Shown: one piece after another, positions 13,450 through 27,516 of the stretch
Position numbering within the stretch: position 1 is the first letter of the stretch
How the letters are laid out: each line of letters starts with the position of its first letter
Assembly (NCBI RefSeq): GCF_030684315.1
Contig: NC_081359.1
Coordinates: 95,822,838 to 95,886,837 of the forward strand
DNA from: Stegostoma tigrinum
Taxonomy: Eukaryota
Reading direction: 5' to 3'
Length of the DNA: 64,000 nt
Translations under genes and position numbers: made by a program
The notes under the pieces: model-generated
The model's input: only the letters and a program-made list of their open reading frames with translations
Told to the model about the DNA's origin: nothing
The model's database searches: none

Positions 13450-13832
13450 CTTGAGGGGTGACCTTATAGAGGTTTATAAAGCATGAGGAGCATGGATAGG
13501 ATGAATAACCATGGCCTTTTTACTCGGTTGGGGAATCCAAAACTAGGGCATAGGTTTAAGGTGAAAGGGGAAAGATTTAAAAAGGACCTGAGGGGTAATT
13601 TTTTTTGTAGAAGGTGGTGTGTTTATGCAATGAGTTGCCACAGGAGGTGGTGAAAGCAGGTATAATTACAACATTTAAAAGGCATCTAGATAGGTGTATG
13701 AATAAGAAGAGTTAGACGGATATGGGCCAAAAGCTGACAAATGGGTCTATGTTAGATTGGTATGTCTGGTCAGAACAGATGAGTTGGATCAAAGGATCTG
13801 TTTCTCTGCTGTGTGACTCTACGGCTCTATGA
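13450..13832 (+). mobile_element. CR1 LINE 3' end
   Basis: LRGDLIEVYK remnant and gactctacggctctatgac tail. Confidence 0.8.
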
Positions 13833-15182
13833 CTTCCAAGTGAGAAACTGGTGTCATCTAGTTTCTTGGCATGGATAGGAGAATTATAAACTGAGCATTA
13901 ATGAAGTGACTGTAGCTAATAATGAGATGCAGCTGTATGGAAGGAGCGTGCCACTTCTTCATGAGACCCAGAACTCGCTGTTGACACCTTAAGAGGATGA
14001 TTGGAATTCTTTCTGTTCATTTTGAGAATCAGATCTTTCTAAACTTGCCATTGCCCAGTTCACTTGAAGCTGGAAAAATCTGTCCAATGTTTCCTTGATT
14101 GAAATCAGCTAGTCAGGCTGATTATGGAATTGGAAGCTTTCAGATTCTGTGAGATTCAGTTCCACATCATATCCCCACCAAATGAGGGATATTTTAAACT
14201 CAGATGCTTCTGTTGTGACGCCAATTAGTTGGTAAGCACACTCCAATTGCAACAGTAAATAATTGTGGAAAATTTCAGCTGCGCTGCTTAAGTTGTTCAA
14301 ACTCCACCTCACTCAAGCTGGCTCAGTAACTGCCTTTGATGCTTCTTTTTGAATCTCGCAGCTCATAATTGTGTTGGAGCTGCCGAAAGAAAAGTTTAAA
14401 GAAAAGGTGTCTAGAGAGGAGAGACTGCATGTAGAATGACAAATATGGCAAAATTATTTTTACATTCTCAATATCCAAGCTACTTATTCTGTTGTGCAGT
14501 GAGAGAGCCTTTGTTCTAACACTGCTGATGCCAACAGATGTCTGGATCCAAATCAGCTAGACCTCCCAGTTATATGTAAATGTTTCACTGTGCAATATCC
14601 AGTCTCGTCCTTTTAATTATGTCAACAGATCAGTCAAATCAAACAATGTTTTTGTCACAAAATGTTTTCAGTGTATGCATTATCTGTGTTCCTTAATTTG
14701 AAAGACTGGATAATTCAGTCTTTACTTCAAGCAGTCATTGATTTTGAATTAATTGTTGACTATATCACCTTCAGCACTGAGATGACATGGGTTAATACAA
14801 TGTAACAGTGGACTTAAATACAATTGGCTATCAGAACTGTTCACTCTTCAGAACAGGAGTGTTCCCTAAACATGAGGACAAGTGGCACATTGTCATAGCA
14901 AGTAGTTATACTGCAAAAATGAATAAGCAACTTAATAGACTTTTTTTGGTTTTATGTTCTTATATTCTCCATTTACTTTTGCCTTTTAGCAGATTTTCCT
15001 CCTTTTCATCATTTTTATGGGCCAGTCACACAATACCATTTAAATGTGACATTTGGAGAATACAGTGTTTTTAGAATTACTGCCCTTCCAATAAGCCTTT
15101 GAACTAAAATGCGAAATTTGAATAGAAAATGTTGCAAGCAACCCTGATCATACTTCATCACATCCTACCCCAAAAGGAAACT

Positions 15183-15570
15183 ATCCCATTTGTAACTTCC
15201 TCTGTCTCCCTCATCTCCAATGTGATAATGCATATAGTATATATGTACACACATAATATTTATTTTTCAACAATACCCTTCCCATCATAAGCGGCAGGCC
15301 CTTTAAGGCTACCTTTTTCACTTCACACTTCTGCTTTATCAACACCCCCACATTTCCTGAACCAGTACGGGGTTCTCCTTGTTCTCACCTTCTTCTACAC
15401 TAGCTGCCACTTAAAAAGGATCATTTTCCAACATTTTGCCACCTCCAGCATCAGAAAGCACATCTTATCTACTATCAATATTCCGAAGGGGGTCATCCCT
15501 TCTGCAAAAACCTCATCTCTCCTTGACTATCAACTCCAACGCTCCATACCCTTCCCGGGCACTTTTCTGT
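15183..15570 (+). mobile_element. decayed Penelope-like ORF remnant (RT thumb/linker region)
   Basis: Fragments resemble IPF..FLRL, VPLVLTF..RII..HF.HLQ and GTF(P)C blocks of PLE ORFs. Confidence 0.5.
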
Positions 15571-15574
15571 ATTG

Positions 15575-16555
15575 TAAAGCGATGGACGGTGTTATGAACA
15601 GTGTTATCAAGTAGCACTTTTGTGGCAATAACCTGCTTGCAGAGGCACAGTTTGGGCTTTACCAGGGCCACTCAGTTCCAGACCTCATTAAAGCTTTAGT
15701 TCAAATATTGACAAGCAAGCTAAAATCCAGGTGAGGTGAGAGTAAACACCCTTGAAATCAAAACTGCGTTTAACTGGTTATAGTATCAAGGAGCCCTAGT
15801 TAAACTAGATGCAATGGGAACCAGGGGTTAAACTCTCTGTGTGTTGGACCCATACCTTGCACCTAGGAGGATGGTTATTGTTGGAGGACATCTCTGTTGG
15901 AGTTCCTCAGGGTAATGTCCAAGTCCAACCATCTAAGACCTTCCCTTCATCATAAGGTGAGAAGTGGGAATGTTTACTGATGATTGCAGTATTCAATACC
16001 ATTCACGATTCCACAGATATAGAAGCAGTCCTGGACAATATCCAGGCATGGGCTGACAAGTAGCAAATCACATGACTGCCACCCAAGTGCCAGGCAATTA
16101 TCATCTCCAACAAGTCAGAATCCAACCATTGTCCTTGTCATTCAATCGTAATAATACAATTGCTGAAACCCCAGTTACCAACATCATACAGGTTACCATT
16201 CACCAGGAAGTGAACTGGACAAGCCAGATAAATATTGTGGTTTCTACAACAGTGAAACACTTGGTAGAATACAGGGACTAACTCACCTTATGACAAGGGC
16301 AGAAAATACATGGGAACTCCACAACCTTCAAACTTTCCTCCAAGCCATTCACCATCCTGACTTGGAAATATATCACCAGGCCATCAGTGTTGTTGGGTCA
16401 AAATCCTGGAACTCTGTCCTACTGGTACTGTCTACCTACAGAACATGGACTGCAGCAGTCAAGAAGGCAGCTCATCACCATCTTCTCAAGCGCAACTGGG
16501 TTGGGCCATAAATGCTAGGTGAGTCAGCAACACTGACATCCCATCAATGAATAAG
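15575..16555 (+). mobile_element. LINE (CR1/L2-related) RT-to-3' remnant sharing its tail with SINE family B
   Basis: AQFGLYQGHSVPDLI, GVPQG and FTDD motifs; ends ataaatgct...catcccatcaatgaataa. Confidence 0.75.
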
Positions 16556-17314
16556 AGGAAGCACAGAAGATGAAACACCTGCCCTTTTACCTCTTCCTGT
16601 GTCACCCTAAAATACCCCAAATAGTCATTTTAGATGAAACAGTGATAAACATAAACCTTAAATGATGATTAATGTAATCACCGCTCATGGTAGTCTCTGG
16701 CACAGTCATAATGTATCTCCCTGCAAGCCATAAGGTCCGGGTTCGAGGTCCACTCTAGTACTTAACGGCCAAGGAAAATGAATATGACCAAATGATTTGA
16801 GAATCAACCTGTAAATCTTTCAACAGATGCCATTGGTAGACTTAAAGACAGGAGAGATTCCGAGAGAGCCATGTGGTGGAACCAACGTCTAAGACTCTGG
16901 AATCATTATTCACAGCAACTGACCTCAACCTGGCTGTAAAAGTACATGCAGCCACAGCAACGTGGTGTCGCTGTGTGAACTGTAAGCACCACTATTCATT
17001 GATCGAAACCGAAGGAACCAAACACACATTGAGTGACTGCTTTGCGGCATACCTCTGCTCAGTGTGCAAGCATAATCCCACACGTTCAGTGACCTGTCAT
17101 TTGAATTCTCTAACACACTTCTATGTTGACCTTTCTGTCTTTGGCTTGCTAATTTGTTTCAGTAAAAATCAATTGAAGCTGAACAGAAATTCACTTTTGA
17201 ATTTGAAACGTGACAGCCTCCTGGACTCAACAATTGCCTTCTATAATTTCAGTTGATCATCTCTGCTTTTAGCGTTGCAGGATCAGCACAAAACATACGC
17301 ATCCAACGATTCCT

Positions 17315-17515
17315 TTTTTTTATTCATTCACAGGATGAGTGCGTCACTGGCTGGGCCAGCACTTATTGCCCAACTCAAATTGCCCAGATGGCTGTTGGGA
17401 GTCACCAAATTGTAGTGGGTCTGGATTCACATGTTGGCCAGACCAGGTAAGGATGGCAGTATCCTTTCCGAAAGGACATTAGTGAACCAGATGGGTTTTC
17501 TCAGCACAATTGAAA
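17315..17515 (-). mobile_element. SINE family B, 3' part
   Basis: Matches 8682-8880. Confidence 0.75.
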
Positions 17516-17589
17516 ATGGATGTGACGCCTGCATCCATGCTTGAAACATATTATCTCTCCAACTTTTTCTAAAGTGGTGAGAGATCTTA

Positions 17590-18210
17590 AAGTGTAGATG
17601 TACAGAGGGACCTAGGTTTCCTTGTCAATAAGTCACTAAGGGCTAACAAATAATCGCAGTAATCTATGAGGAAAGCTAACGGAATATTAGCCTCGATTGG
17701 AAGGGGATTTGAGTACAATGTGTGCAGTTTGTGTCTCCTTATTTCAGCAAAGATAATATTGCTGATAGAATACAACCAAGGTTCACAGAGCAGCAGGACT
17801 ATCCAATGAGATAGACTGTGCAAATAGGCATGGATTTGTTCAAGTTTTAAAGAATGTGAAGCAGTCTCATCAAAAACAAAAAGCTACTTCAAGGGATCAA
17901 CAGGTTTGAAGCAAATAAGATGTTTTCCCTCCCTAGATGTCTAGAACTAGGGGTCAAAATTTAACAATAATGGGGATTCCATTTAGGACCATGAATAGGA
18001 GAATTTGTTTTACTCAGAGGATGGTGAATCTTTGGGCATTCTGCACATCAAAGAGCTGTGGAAGTTCAATCTTCGAGTACATTTAAAGTAGAGATTGAAA
18101 AATGTTTGTTTTTTAATGGCATAAAGGGTTATAGGGAAACTGTGGGTAAAACAGGTCGAAGCTATTACTGTAGCTACTGGCAGGCCCGATGGTCTAATTC
18201 AGTTTCTACA
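17590..18210 (+). mobile_element. old CR1 3' fragment
   Basis: VQRDLG...RKANGILA remnant and decayed 3' region. Confidence 0.65.
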
Positions 18211-18969
18211 TTTCAGTTCTGATGAAAGTCATGGATCTGAAAAGATCATCTGAATTTTCCCAGTCCTGGAGTGATGGGCTGGGAATATGTCAGGGGAAGA
18301 TTTTAGGTTTGGGAGCCTGATATCTTGCCACCATTGTCACATTCTGCCAACCACTTTTGTGGGGTGGCCACTGCCTGGGCAACAAATTGAGCCAATTAAG
18401 TGCCAAATTGAGTGTCACTTCTCACTCCCATTAGTATTTTGGCTACTTCAGGACAGTTTGGCATGTGGAGAGACTACCAGGTAAATCTTGGCAACCATCC
18501 TAGGAAGCTGTTAGGGGAAGGATCCATCATTTTATGGCTGCTCCATGACCCACAGAGGGTCTAGTGACTCCTGATGGACACTCTGGTGGAACACAGCTCT
18601 CTCCGCCAAATCCCAGTGCCTGAATGCCTGTTCCGAGAGTGCTGTAAGAACAAACACTGGTCTTTGGCAGAGGTCTTGACATGTAGGGTCCTTCTCTTCC
18701 ATCTTGTAGAATTAACAGTGGCCCCCACTAGGGGCCGTTTAATGGTTTGGCTGGAGGGCTGGGAACCAAGACCCTGTCCTCACTTGGACAACAGTCTTGA
18801 TATTGGCAAATGCTGGGCTGGCTGTCACCCAGCAGCGGGGCTTCGAAACCTCTGGCAAAAGAACAAAATCAGACCATAACATCTGTTTCTTTGGCCACAA
18901 CTGTTGTCAGTCCCGCTGAGTATTTTCAGCATTCATTGTTCTTACAGATGTAAGGGGAGACTTTAATCC

Positions 18970-19305
18970 AGTTAATCCAGAGACACAGTAATGTTCTGGA
19001 GACCTGGGTTCAAATCCAGCTATGGCAGATGGTGGAATTTGAATTCAAAAAAAAAATCTGGAATTAAGAGTCTAATGACGACCATGAATCCATTGCTAAT
19101 TGTCAGGGGAGAAAAAAATACCCATCTGCTTCACTAATGTCCTTCAAGAAGGGAAATCTTGCCTTCCTTACTTGGCCTGGCCTACATGTGACTCCAGACC
19201 TACAACAATGAGGTTGACTCTTGACTGCCATCTGAGCAATTGGGAATAGGCAATAAATGCTGGCATAGCTAGCAACACCCTCATCCGGTGAATGAATTTC
19301 AAAAA
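18970..19305 (+). mobile_element. SINE family B
   Basis: ctgggttcaaatcc B-box through the gaatgaat tail. Confidence 0.8.
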
Positions 19306-20094
19306 AACAGTTTTTCAGCAGCAACAGAGTTTGGCTTTTATTTTAGTGGTCTGGTATGCTTGCTCTTGATGGTTCCCTTGGACACAAAACATCCCTGGTG
19401 CATCTCAAAATGGAGTGAGGTTTTCTCCAGTGACTCTGATTTGTGTTTCAACCCCCAGCAGCATCAGCAGGGAAATAGCTTGACTGGTCAACTGTCTCAC
19501 TGCTGTGTTTGCCTGACGAACAGCAGTTGCTTGAAATCTTGATGCCTCGATATAAGGCACAAGCAAAGTATTATTTGGGCTGTGAAGTAAGATGTTAATC
19601 AGATGAAGTCATGATGAATCAAAATTGTGAGAACAAATTGTTTTTAATACACAATGTTGTATAAGTGCAATTAGTGAAATGCAGAGTCCAAAAGTTCACA
19701 GGGTTTTGACCACCGTGAATCTTTATAAGCCAATTTTTTTTTTTGTTTTTTGCTGTCCAAAGTTAGCAAAGAGCTGATTATTCTGTCAGCTATTGGTAAT
19801 ATCAAACTGCAATTGGAATTATGTTGTTGAATTTCTGCACAGTTTTCTTCTCCCTGGTCAGAAAGTATTGCAGATGATAGATAGATAGAATAAGTAGAAT
19901 ATGACTGATGTCTCAAAGTATTATACAGCCAGTGAAGAGCTTGATACTTGGAGTCACCGTTCTAATGCAGGAAATGTGATCAGCCAATTTGTGGCAACCT
20001 CCAAAGGAGCAATTTTTAGACAACCTGTTTTCGTGGTGTCAGTTCAGGGATACACATATGAATGTATGCAATCAGTTAGGTATACTTGCCTTTG

Positions 20095-20685
20095 ATAATC
20101 AGTGCATTGAGTATAGGAGTTGTAAGGCTGTACAGGACATTGGTTAGGCACCTTTAGAATACTGTGCACAATTCTAGTCTCCTTGCTATTGGACGGATGT
20201 TGTGAAACTAGAAAGGCTTCAGAAAAGATTTACAAGGATGTTACCAAAGTTAGAGGGTTTCAGCTCTAGGGAGAGTCTGAATAAGCTGGGGTACTTTCCC
20301 TGGTGTGCCGGAGGCTGAGAGATAACCTTAAAGAAGTTTATAAATTCATGAGGAGCCAGGATAGGGTGAATAGCCAAGGTCTTTACCCCAGGGTGGGGGA
20401 GTCCAAAGCTAGAGGGTATGGTTTTAAGGTGAGGGGGAAAGATTTAAAAGGGGCTGAAGGGGCAACTTTTTCATGGAGAGGGTCGTGCATGTATGGAATG
20501 AGCTGCCAGAAAAAGTGGTGGAGGCTGGTGCAATTACAACTTTTAAAAGCCATATGGATGAGTATATGAATAGGAAGGGTTTGGACGGATATGGGTCAAA
20601 TGCTGGTAAATGGGACGATATTTAGGATATCTGGTCAGCATGGATGAGTTGGACCGAAGGGCCTGTTTCTATGCTGTATGACTCT
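20095..20685 (+). mobile_element. CR1 LINE 3' end
   Basis: LEYCAQF and RRLRDNLKEVYK remnants; ctgtatgactcta tail. Confidence 0.8.
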
Positions 20686-21626
20686 ACGTCGGCCATTAAG
20701 CCCCTTGAACCTGCTCTGCGACGTAACAAGATTGTGGCTGATCTGTTTACATTTCAAATTCCACATTCCTATCTCATACCAACAATTTTATGCAAGGCAA
20801 GAAATTTATCTCAATCCACCTCTGTCTTAAAAATATTTGATGATTTTACCTCCACTGCTGCCTGGGGCTAAAGGTTCCCAAATAACACAACTCTCTGCAA
20901 GGTTATCCTTCCTGAAAAGGTGTGTCCTAATTTTATACAGTTGACAGACAATTGCAAACATCCTTTCCTTACCTACCTTGTCAAGACCATTGAAGCTTCC
21001 ATTGGTGAGGTTTTAATTTAGTGTGGCAGGGTTGGGGCCAGGGATGCAGGGGAGGGGGTGTGTAGTGTGGGAGGGAGGAAACTGATATGTGAGCTTAGAT
21101 GATGCAGATCATGAAACAGGAAGTAGAACATTAGTTAGTGACGTTGTCAGTGACTGGGAAAGACAAAAGAAAAAGGATTGACATTGTTGAATTGTTCATA
21201 TTTAAATGTAAGGAATATTACAAACTATGCAAATGAACAAAGGACACAGATAGACACAAGGTTAGCACAATGTTGTTGCTATAATGGAAACCTTGCTAAA
21301 GGAGGAGCAAAATTGGCATCTCAAAATCCCTGAATATAGACAGTCTAGAGTGAGTGACAAAAAAAAGGAGGGGGAGCAGTATTGGTTAAAGCATCAATCG
21401 CAGTTGTTCTAAGTGATACTAAATAGTTTAACAACTGAAGCTTTAAGGGTTGGCCTTCAGAATTAACAAAGGGATAGTCACAAGACTAGTCACGACAGAC
21501 CCTCAAACAGTGACAGGAAGATAGAAGAAATTCCTGCCTGTATGAATAATAGGGCAATAGTAGTAGAAGTCTTTAACTAACCCAATGTCAACTGGGGTGC
21601 AAACAATATAAGGGGCATTCATGGCA

Positions 21627-21772
21627 GCATCGTAGAAGTTCTGAGGAAGGGTCACCAGACCCAAAACGTTAACTCTGACTTTTTCTTCACAGATGCTGTC
21701 AAACCTGCTAAGCTTTCCCAGCAACTTCTGTTTTTGTTCCAGATTTACAGCATTCTCTGTTCTTTCAGCTTT
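21627..21772 (+). mobile_element. Penelope-like terminal fragment, third family, decayed HHR
   Basis: ctgagga-agggtc(acca)gaccc-Aaaacgtt; TSD-like taaggggcattcatggca / taaggggattcatgtca. Confidence 0.6.
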
Positions 21773-21779
21773 TAAGGGG

Positions 21780-24128
21780 ATTCATGTCAAGCTAATTGAG
21801 AGGAGAAGCAATTCTGGATTTAGTTTTGGAAAATGAAGATGAACAAGAGGGTGAAGTGACTGTGGGCAACTATAGGGATTGTGATCAAAATTCAGTTAGA
21901 TTTAGTACTATTATTGAAAAGGATAAGAGATAAATCAGTCACAAAAGCTCTTAACTGGAGAAAGTTTTGTAAAATTTGCCTAAGAAGTGATTTTGTTGAA
22001 GTGGACTGAACAGGTCTGCTAAACAAAAAAAAGTAATAAACAGTGGGAGGCACTAAAAAGTGAGATCCCTCAGACTCAAAACGGACATATCCCCTCCAAA
22101 AATAAGAATCATACTGCCAAATCTAGATTCCCATAGTTGTCTAGAAAAATACAGGGGAAGATTAAACAGAAAAAGAAATATTTTGATAGTCACAAAAATC
22201 TCAAGACTGCAGATAGCCTTGAGGAGTATAGAAAGTAACGGATAAAGTTTAAAAAAAAGGAAATCAAAGAGAGAGACTGAAAAGATATTAGCCAGCAATA
22301 TAAGGGAAACGCCAATGATGTTTTACCAGTATATAGAGAGCAAAAGGAAAGTTAGGGAAGAAAAGGAACCTATCGGAGATGAACAAGGGAACTTGTGTGA
22401 AGTTGTAGAGGATATCAGAAGAATTTTAAATGAATTCTTTTTTGTCTCCATATTCACAAAGGAAAAGAATGATGTGCATATAGTAATCCAGGAGGAGCAG
22501 TGTGAAATAGTGAATAAAATAATCATGAAAAGAGAAGAAGTGTTAGAGGAGGTAGAATCCTGGAAATGGATAAGTCACCAGGGCCTAAGATATTGATGGA
22601 GTTCAGGGAGGAAATAGCAGTTACTCTGAGCATTATTTTCCAAACTAGACTCAGGTGAGGTGCTGGAGAACTGGAGAACTGCAAATGTAGTTCTAATGTT
22701 GTTTAAAAAGGGTACAAAGGAAATGCCAAACAATTATTGTCCAGTTAATCCTATTTTGGTGGTGGACATATTGTTCGAATCATTATTGAGAGACTGGATA
22801 AACTGTTACTGAGAAAGGCATGGACGAGTCAGGAATAGTCAGTGTGGTTTTGTCAAGGGAAGGCGATGCATTACAAATTTGATGGAATTGTTTGAAGAAG
22901 TGACAAAGAGGATCGATGTGGGTGCTGCAGTGGATGTTGTCTACATGGATTTTAGTAAGGCATTTGACAAGGCCCCTCATGGCAGTCTGGTCAGAAAGAT
23001 AAAAATAACCCCATGGGATAAAGGGTAATGTGTTGAATTGAATCTGAGGTTGGCTTAGTAATGGGAAACAAAGGGTAATGGTTGATGGTTATGACTGCCA
23101 TTGTAAATGGGAAGCTGTTTCAAGTGGTGTTTCGCAGGGCTCTGTGTTAAGAACCCTGCTGTTTGTTTTGTACATTAACAGTCTAGACTTGAATGTGGGG
23201 TCACAAATAGAAAATTTGTAGAAAACACATAAATTGGCCATGTAGTGGATATGTAGAGGATAGCTACAAGCGCCAAATTGATACTGATGGGTTGGTGGAG
23301 TGGGAAGGAAACTGGCAGATGGAATTCAACTTTGATATGTGTGAGATCATGCATTTGGGAAGGTCAAACAGTAAAAAAGGAATTCATAACAAATAGGAAT
23401 ATACTGAGAGGGGTAGACAAAGTGAGAGAGCTTGACTTGCATTTACTGAGGTCCTAAAAGTATCAGTAGAAAAGGCTGTAAAGAAGGATATGGAATGCTA
23501 CCCTTTATTGGCAGAGGTACAGAATTCATAGGTAGAAATATAATGATGAACCTGTGTTAGACACCAGTGAGGCCACAACTGGAGTACTGTGTGCAGTTCT
23601 AGTCACCATATTACAAAAAGGAAATAATTACTTTGGAGAAAGTGTGGAGAAATATTACTAGAATGTGGCCAGGGCTGGAGAATTGTAGCCACGAGGAGAG
23701 ATTGGAGAGTCTGGGTAGTTTTCCTTGGAATAGAGAAAACTGAAGGGTGACATGATTGAGGTATAAAAAACTGTCAGGGGTAGAGATAGAGTAGACAGGA
23801 GGAACCCGTTTCCCTTGGCTGAGAGTTCAAAAACCAGCAGTCATAGATTAAAGATAAGTAACAGATGGATCAAGGGGTGTGAGGAAAACCATTTTTACGC
23901 AGTGTGTGGTGGGTGACTGGAATTTGCTACCTGAGTTTGTTATGGAGGCCGAGACACTAAACTCTTTTAAAATGTACCTGGATTTACACCTTAAATGCAG
24001 TAAGCTGCAGGCCTGTGGGCCATGTGCAGGAAGATAGGATTCGAGAGTGCATCAGGGTATCTTTGGATCGGCATGGACATGATGGCTGAATCATATTGCA
24101 TATGTTGCATATTTCCTATGGTTCTATG
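21780..24128 (+). mobile_element. long decayed CR1 LINE (post-endonuclease region, RT and 3' tail)
   Basis: LNEFFFVSIFTKE, MDFSKAFDK (~22946), SGVSQGSVL (~23123), RPQLEYCVQF; tail cctatggttctatg; many stops. Confidence 0.88.
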
Positions 24129-24129
24129 A

Positions 24130-25745
24130 ACTTCTCATCTTGGCTGCTATTCCCAATCTGATTTCCCCCATTTACAATCACCAGTAATTTTTCCAATCCT
24201 GTTATCACAAGCACCCAATATTTTATCTTGTATACTTTGCCCTACATTTTAATAAGTGTTAGGTGCCTTGCAGAATACTCCCACTAGTGGCTTCTTTGCC
24301 CTGCGGTTTCTCATTTCCAACCAGGCTGATTCAACATCCTGGTCTCCTGAACCAAAGTCCTCTCTAATTATTGCACAAATGCCACCTTTGATTAACAGTA
24401 ATTGATTAACTTCCTATTTTTCTTGAATATTATATAGTCCTCAACACTCAGGACCTAATCCTTGACTTCCTGCAGCCCTATTTCCATAGTGGCTACCAGA
24501 TCACATTTATTTGTTTGAGTGTGTATACCAAGCCCTGAGGTTTGTCTTTTTGTTATCTTTGTAACGTCTGTCTTGATGGAAAATTCCTTGTTCTGTTCCT
24601 CTCTGTCTCTTCCTGCCATGATCTGAATCAATTCCTATGTCACTATCTTCCTGCCTTGTCTGTCTCTACTCTTTGACATACCACATCTTTCCACATTTGA
24701 TCCCTTACCCCATTATTTAGTTAAAAACAATCTATATTCCCTTCTTATGCAGTTTTCAAGTGCACCTACCCATGTGGTTCAGATGTAGCATGCTCCAATG
24801 GCACAGCCTCACTTTCCCTATTAGTTCCAGTAGCCTTTGAATTGGAATCATCATCTCGGGACTGCAGTCTCTGACATTCATACTCTGCTCTCTAACTTTA
24901 TGCTTTTGAGGTTCTGATCCTTATTTAGGACTCGGCTGTTCATATTTGCTGTACAGAACCGCTTTCCTAGTTCTACTTATTCACTGGATATGGACCCTGA
25001 CTACTAGATCGCCCTCCTCCTACTGGACGTTTCTTTCCTGCCACCAGACAAGCAACACCCCGAGCCCTAATGTCAGCCAAACAGGCTGGGAAAACCTCAG
25101 GCCTTTTAGACAACTACAGCTCTTATTTGCATTCGCGTCCCTGACCACTGAGAAAAAATCAAACAGCCTTTTTTTTCTCTTTATTCTCATTAACTGGATG
25201 AGGGTATCACTGGCTAGGCAGCATTTATTGTCCATCCTTAATTGCCCAGAGGGCAGTTCAGAGTCAACTACATTGCTGTGGGTTTGGAGTTAAATGTAGG
25301 CCTGACCAGGTCAGGAAGTCACTTTCCTTCCTGAAAGGACATTAGTGAACCAGATGAGATTTTCCTGACAAACAACATTGGATTCATGGCTGTCATTGGA
25401 TTCTTAATTCCAGATGTTTTGTTATTGAATTCAAATTCCACCAACTGCAGTGGTCAGATTCAAACCTGGGCCCCTCAAACGTTATCTGGGTCTCTGGATT
25501 AACAGTCCAGCAATAATACCACTAGGCCATCGCCTCCCCTACTCTAAGTAGGACAAAGAATCCAGGCCACTCTCCCCATCTCTAATGCTTAACGGTGTCT
25601 GTAATTCAGCCTGCAGCTCATAAACTCTGAGAAGGCGCTGCTCTGCCTTCAAACACTTATTGCAGACATATTTGTCCTGGGTCAGAATGGTATCCAGGTG
25701 TTCCCACAAGCTGCAGACTTGATACATCACCTGTCCTGCCATCCA
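24130..25745 (-). mobile_element. CR1 5' region remnant (ORF1 start and endonuclease), split by a SINE
   Basis: ORF 25539-25742 has a C-x2-C motif and LLRVYELQAEL coiled coil typical of CR1 ORF1; 24130-24500 gives VESAWLEMRN-like endonuclease remnants. Confidence 0.6.
25180..25538 (-). mobile_element. SINE family B, full length
   Basis: High similarity to 8682-9036. Confidence 0.85.
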
Positions 25746-27516
25746 TAATGATTTTTAATTCTTTATATTATTCACTTATTTATGTTCCCTTTTCTATGCT
25801 TGATTAACTTTATCCCCCAGTTTTATACTCTGTTAAAGTTTAAGAATAGAAAAGGCCTAACTACTCACCAGAGTCACACCAAACAGATGATTTTCACTTT
25901 AGAAGAGCAAGAATCAATTTCAACTGGCTCCAATCAATCTAGGTCCTATATACTGGCAGGAAAATCACAGAAAAGAACTGCCAGGGTTGTATTGCATCTA
26001 TGTAGGAGAGTAGACATCACTATCTCCTCATCCTGCCGTTATTCCTAATATTGGTTTGTAAGGGGATAAATTCAAGAACTGCCTGTCCCTATAGAAAAGT
26101 AAAGAAGGGCAATAATGGGAAATGCAATCTGGAATAGAAATTTATTCCATGTACTGGCCCAAAAGAGGTGGTGCAGTATCTGACACAAGTTATGCACAGT
26201 GTCCGGTATTATTTCCATTGTCTGCACCACTGCAGAAGACAAATCTCTCCCAAGATTCAAGAGGGTACCATTTCAAATTGCATCTCCGTTAATTGCTGGC
26301 TATTTCAAATTCACTAAGACCTGTGGGCTTTCGGGTTCACTGATTTTAAAATGGCATTTTCCATTGTTATAACCGAGATGGATTGAGTGTGTTGTTGTTC
26401 TCACTCCAATTGTTCCAAGGTAACAACAATATTTTACTCAAGCCTTGATATAATAAGTCAAATAATTTCTCGATATTATACTTAGAAAGAAAAGATCCAT
26501 CAAATTTTTTTTCAATGAGCACAAAATAATTGATTTATTATGAAATAAAACCCATTGAACAAAGATGCCAAATTGATTAACATATGCAATTTGTTGATAA
26601 AACATTTGTTCTTCAAAATAATCTGAATGCACTTCAGGTACAGGGGAGGAAGAAATGGATTTCTCTCTGTAGGGATTCACTTAAAAAAAATCTTTCTGGC
26701 CAATGGGTGGCATTCTTGAAGGTAACTATGAAAAGGCATAGAATCTTCTAGAGTGTTGATCTGATGATCATATCACTAATCACTCATGATTACTTCTACA
26801 AATCTTGTCCGACAAAGCGTGCTCAGGAACCAGAATATTGAGAGGTTGTTCCAGATACTTATCCAGAACAATCATGTTTCACAGCCAACATGTTTCAGTA
26901 ACAGGAGACACTAGCAGAACAGATTGTCCTTTGGCTGGCTTTCCTCAAAGAATTCCAAACAGAAAGCCATATATTAGTCCAACAGCCTCAACAGAGGATC
27001 TCCAATAAACACAGAGTTTATATGTCATATGCTTCCAATAAGTCTCAATAGAACATCGTCAATTTCCAAAGGCCTTTCAGTGACTGTTTTAAAAAACCTA
27101 ATTCAGATTGTTGTGTACAATTTAAAATCAATCCATTTTTCCACAATCCTTCAATACTCAAGTCTTTGAAGAAATATTAAATATTGAAGCAGCTTCTTAA
27201 CACCTTGTGGAACCACAGTATGTATCCCCTGTAATATAAGAGAAGCAAGCTAGTGATAAACACAATTAAATGATTTATCACACTTCTCAGATATTAAAAC
27301 ACCGTCATTGTTTTCAGTGTAAAAGAAACGTCAGTATCACACAAGATGTATCATACATACAAGTATATTTTAAGGCTGTTACTGCAGTGTTCTTACAATG
27401 GCAACAGAGAAGTGGGAGATTGCAGAAATCAGTGCTAAGTGCACAACGCCTCACAGGAATGAAAATCCTAGTCCTTCAGGCTTTCAAAGGCATTCTCCAG
27501 TTCACAGATTCACAGG

